Of a DNA stretch of 64,000 nucleotides, positions 61,438 to 64,000 are shown one piece after another. This stretch comes from Halieaceae bacterium. GTDB taxonomy: Bacteria > Pseudomonadota > Gammaproteobacteria > Pseudomonadales > Halieaceae. The stretch spans positions 3,445,472 to 3,509,471 of the forward strand of contig OY770025.1 in assembly GCA_963669435.1 (NCBI GenBank), given 5' to 3'. How positions within the stretch are numbered: position 1 is the stretch's first letter; each line of letters begins with the position of its first letter. A program made the translations under genes and the position numbers. Under the pieces are notes generated by a model. That model made no database searches. It saw nothing but the letters and a program-made list of their open reading frames with translations, and was not told the origin of the DNA.

Positions 61438-63039
61438 CTAGGCCTTGGCGGGCGAATATTTTGCCTGTAGCTCGAACTTCTGGATTTTTCCCGACGCCGT
61501 CGTGGGAAAAGCGTCTACGCGATGCCACTGTCGTGGGACTTTGTGTCTGGCGATGTGCTCGCGCAGAAACTCCATCAGCGCTTCGTCTTCTGGATTGGAG
61601 CCGGGCTTCACGCGGATCGCCGCAGCGACCTGCTCCCCCCAATCAGCATCGGGGACACCAAAAACGGCGACTTCCAGAATATCTTCGTGGGTGATGAGCA
61701 CATCCTCGATTTCTCTCGGGAATATGTTCTCACCGCCGCGGATGATCATATCCTTGATACGACCAGTGATCTTGCAGTAGCCATCCTCGTCCATCACCCC
61801 CAGATCGCCCATGTGCAGCCAGCCGTTGTAGTCGACGGCGCGGGCGGTGGCTTCCGGCCTCTCAAAGTACTCATCCATCACGCAGACACTGCGAATGCAA
61901 ATCTCGCCTATCTCGCCGATAGGTTTAATCGCGCCTGACTCCGGGTCCTGGATGCTCATTTCCACATGCGGCATCGCCTTGCCCACGGTTGACGACTTGT
62001 GTTCCAGGGTGTCCCCTCTCACCGTCTGCGAGGCCATGCCACATTCGGTTTGGCCGAACAGCATGACAAACTCGGCGCCGAAACTCTGTTCCAGCCGGGT
62101 AACGAGCTCTGGGGGTATGGTTGTGGCTCCGCCGCCGATGACAATAACGGAAGACCTGTCGTAGCTATCAAAGTCCTCCAGCTCCAGCATCTGGAAATAC
62201 ATGGTTGGGACGGACCAGATAAAATGCGCCTTGTATTTATCTACGACTTTCATCACGGCGGTTGGTTCGAAGCCATCCAGTAGCAGGTGTTGGCCCTCAT
62301 TCCAGACGCAACCCAGGGCCATATAGATGCAGCCCCCGGTATGGAACATGGGCATAAAGTTAACCCATTTGGAACCCATAGGCAGGTCCAGACCTGCAGC
62401 GGAAAACTTGGCGTAGTTGACAACGGCGCGGTGGCTCAGCAATGCGCCTTTCGGTTTTCCTGTCGTTCCCGACGTGTACTGGATCATGCAGCGATCGTCG
62501 GGCTTCACCTCAGGCAGCTCGGCCCCCTCCGAGGATGCCTGATCGGCCAGGATGCGAGATACCTCCTCATCCAGGCTGTGGACACCCAGCGGGCCATCGA
62601 GACGCTCCCCGATGTTGGTTGCATGATCTACCAGATTGCGCCCGCGAAATTCCTTCGCAGCAAACACGGCTCTGGAACGGGATTGGCCGAGCACATACTC
62701 CGCCTCATTCTCCAGAAAGCTGGGATTGACGGTAACCAGCGTCATTCCCGCCATACTGGTGCCCAGTTGCAGCAAAAACCAATTCAGGTTATTCGGTGCC
62801 CATACGGCGATATGGTCCCCGGGCCGGTAATGGTCCAGCAACCATTGCGCAATTTTCGTAGATTTTGCGAGTAGATCGGCGTAGGTGATATTTGCACCTT
62901 CATCACCGGATAAGTGGCATTCGATGACCGCGGTTTTATCGGGAACTCTGGCGGCGACGGTCTGCAGCAAGCCGCCCACGGACAGTTCGGCAATTTCAAT
63001 GTCAGCGTGCGGAGTGGTGTGCGAGCCTGTCAGGGCCAT
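61438..63039 (-). CDS. AMP-dependent acyl-CoA synthetase/ligase
   Basis: AMP-binding motif 'IQYTSGTTGKPKGALLSH', 'GQTE', 'GWLHMGDLG', and C-terminal 'SGKIQKF'. GAGGA RBS. Confidence 0.9.
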   Translation of the reverse strand: MALTGSHTTPHADIEIAELSVGGLLQTVAARVPDKTAVIECHLSGDEGANITYADLLAKSTKIAQWLLDHYRPGDHIAVWAPNNLNWFLLQLGTSMAGMTLVTVNPSFLENEAEYVLGQSRSRAVFAAKEFRGRNLVDHATNIGERLDGPLGVHSLDEEVSRILADQASSEGAELPEVKPDDRCMIQYTSGTTGKPKGALLSHRAVVNYAKFSAAGLDLPMGSKWVNFMPMFHTGGCIYMALGCVWNEGQHLLLDGFEPTAVMKVVDKYKAHFIWSVPTMYFQMLELEDFDSYDRSSVIVIGGGATTIPPELVTRLEQSFGAEFVMLFGQTECGMASQTVRGDTLEHKSSTVGKAMPHVEMSIQDPESGAIKPIGEIGEICIRSVCVMDEYFERPEATARAVDYNGWLHMGDLGVMDEDGYCKITGRIKDMIIRGGENIFPREIEDVLITHEDILEVAVFGVPDADWGEQVAAAIRVKPGSNPEDEALMEFLREHIARHKVPRQWHRVDAFPTTASGKIQKFELQAKYSPAKA

Positions 63040-63300
63040 GAGGTCGTCCTCTTGGGTAGGTAAGATGATAATACTGGTACCCCATTAGACGTGCATCTGT
63101 CTGCTGTACCTCAATTGGTAGCGACATCTCTCTCGCCGCTCTTTAATCGGGCACTTACCGCGTTCATGCGCAAAATATCCAGCCGACTGTGGTACCCGGG
63201 CAGTTCGAACGTCTATTCATTGTCCTGTCAGTCGCTTAAGTGGCTGGAAAGGCAGGTTTTTTTGTTCAAAAAATGTCCACCAGCTGCGTCGAGACCAGTA

Positions 63301-64000
63301 ATGCCGGAAGCTTATATATACGACCATGTACGTACTCCCCGGGGCCAGGGAAAGCCCACCGGGGGCTTGCACTCCGTGACTGCCGTGGAGCTACTGGCCA
63401 CGGCCCTGCGGGCATTGAGAGATCGAAATCAGCTGGATACGTCAGCGGTTGAGGACGTCATCGCCGGATGTGGTTCCCCGGTGGGCGAGCAGGGCAGCGC
63501 GATCGGTAGAACTGCGGTACTCGCAGCTGGCTATAGTGAATCGACGCCGGGTCAGCAGGTACACCGGTTCTGCGCCTCGGGTCTGGAAGCCCTGAGCCTT
63601 GCCGCAGCGAAGGTTATGGCCGGACAGTGTGAGCTGACCATTGGCGGGGGTGTTGAGACCATGTCGCGCATTCCCATGGGGTCGTCGGGAGGAGCCTGGT
63701 ATGCAGATCCGGCTGTGGCGCATGAAGTTTACTACGTTCCCCAGGGGGTCTCGGCGGACTTGATCGCAACGCTGTATGGATTCAGCCGAAATGATCTCGA
63801 CGCCTACGCCTGTGAAAGCCAGCGCCGTGCCTTCCGTGCACAGTCTGAAGGTTACTTCGACCAATCAATAGTACCGGTATTTGACGATATCGGCCTGCCG
63901 CTGCTGGAAAAGGATGAGTATCTCAGGCCCGGGACAACCGTTAACAGCCTGGCGTCCCTGGCTCCCGCCTTTGAACAAATAGGCGCCAGTGGATTCGATA
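63301..64000 (+). CDS. Thiolase (acetyl-CoA C-acyltransferase), N-terminal part (3' end outside window)
   Basis: Not in the ORF track because there is no stop inside the window. My frame-1 translation from ATG 63301 is MPEAYIYDHVRTPRGQGKPTGGLHSVTAVELLATALRALRDRN...VHRFCASGLEALSLAAAKVMAG...GGGVETMSRIPM, with the active-site Cys in 'RFCASGLEA'. Open to base 64000. Confidence 0.85.
   Translation, partial: MPEAYIYDHVRTPRGQGKPTGGLHSVTAVELLATALRALRDRNQLDTSAVEDVIAGCGSPVGEQGSAIGRTAVLAAGYSESTPGQQVHRFCASGLEALSLAAAKVMAGQCELTIGGGVETMSRIPMGSSGGAWYADPAVAHEVYYVPQGVSADLIATLYGFSRNDLDAYACESQRRAFRAQSEGYFDQSIVPVFDDIGLPLLEKDEYLRPGTTVNSLASLAPAFEQIGASGFD

Noticed and set aside
63240-63864. Listed ORFs 63240..63452 (+) and 63442..63864 (-).
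   Set aside because: Frame 1 from ATG 63301 gives a textbook thiolase N-terminus and active-site Cys and stays open to the window end. The listed ORFs are an out-of-frame upstream piece and an antisense shadow.
1-64000. Searched by eye for CRISPR-like spaced repeats, tandem repeats, rRNA/tRNA genes, toxin-antitoxin pairs, restriction-modification genes and other defence genes.
   Set aside because: None recognised. The window is dominated by catabolic, transport and regulatory genes. A formal tRNAscan, Rfam or defence-HMM scan could still find small elements that I missed.

Overview
Gene-dense chromosomal segment with about 60 CDS and no rRNA, tRNA, CRISPR array, transposase or integrase that I could find. 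The gene content suggests a marine, lipid- or hydrocarbon-degrading gammaproteobacterium; this taxonomic guess is low-confidence inference.

Main contents:
- Four TonB-dependent receptors, one of them cut by the window edge.
- A PQQ quinohemoprotein alcohol dehydrogenase followed by a second PQQ dehydrogenase.
- A FecI/FecR/TonB-dependent transducer cell-surface signalling set.
- Two luciferase-like (LLM) oxidoreductases plus one LLM remnant, and about 10 short-chain dehydrogenases (SDRs).
- A sulfotransferase plus one sulfotransferase remnant.
- A 2-oxoacid dehydrogenase E1 alpha/beta with a split E2.
- Two paralogous Rieske oxygenase alpha subunits flanking an SDR plus a degenerate SDR.
- A three-part B12 acyl-CoA mutase (large subunit, B12 subunit, MeaB).
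- Three paralogous TetR regulators.
- Two paralogous FecI-like ECF sigma factors flanking a deazaflavin-dependent nitroreductase-family gene.
- A long minus-strand lipid operon: acyl-CoA ligase, SDR, esterase, TBDR, patatin lipase, SDR, WS/DGAT, SDR.

Most notable observations:
1. A 2,066-nt apparently perfect direct repeat makes the plain TonB-dependent transporter and the sigma-linked transducer identical from mid-plug to the penultimate codon. The two copies lie 8,965 nt apart.
2. The TetR-bracketed block at 38.3-50.1 kb (EthD, two Rieske oxygenases, SDR plus pseudo-SDR, FAD oxidoreductase, divergent B12 mutase, MeaB) looks like an uncharacterised carbon-skeleton-rearranging catabolic pathway.
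3. The E2 component is split into a stand-alone lipoyl protein and a catalytic core, with no subunit-binding domain and no E3.
4. Several F420-associated protein families occur together in a proteobacterial context.
5. A conserved TTAGT-N8-ACTAA operator-like motif is shared by three promoter regions.
6. Smaller oddities: an orphan UreB-like gene, a quinohemoprotein ADH without the vicinal Cys-Cys, and two gene remnants that record rearrangement.

All functional calls come from motif recognition by eye. No database search was run.
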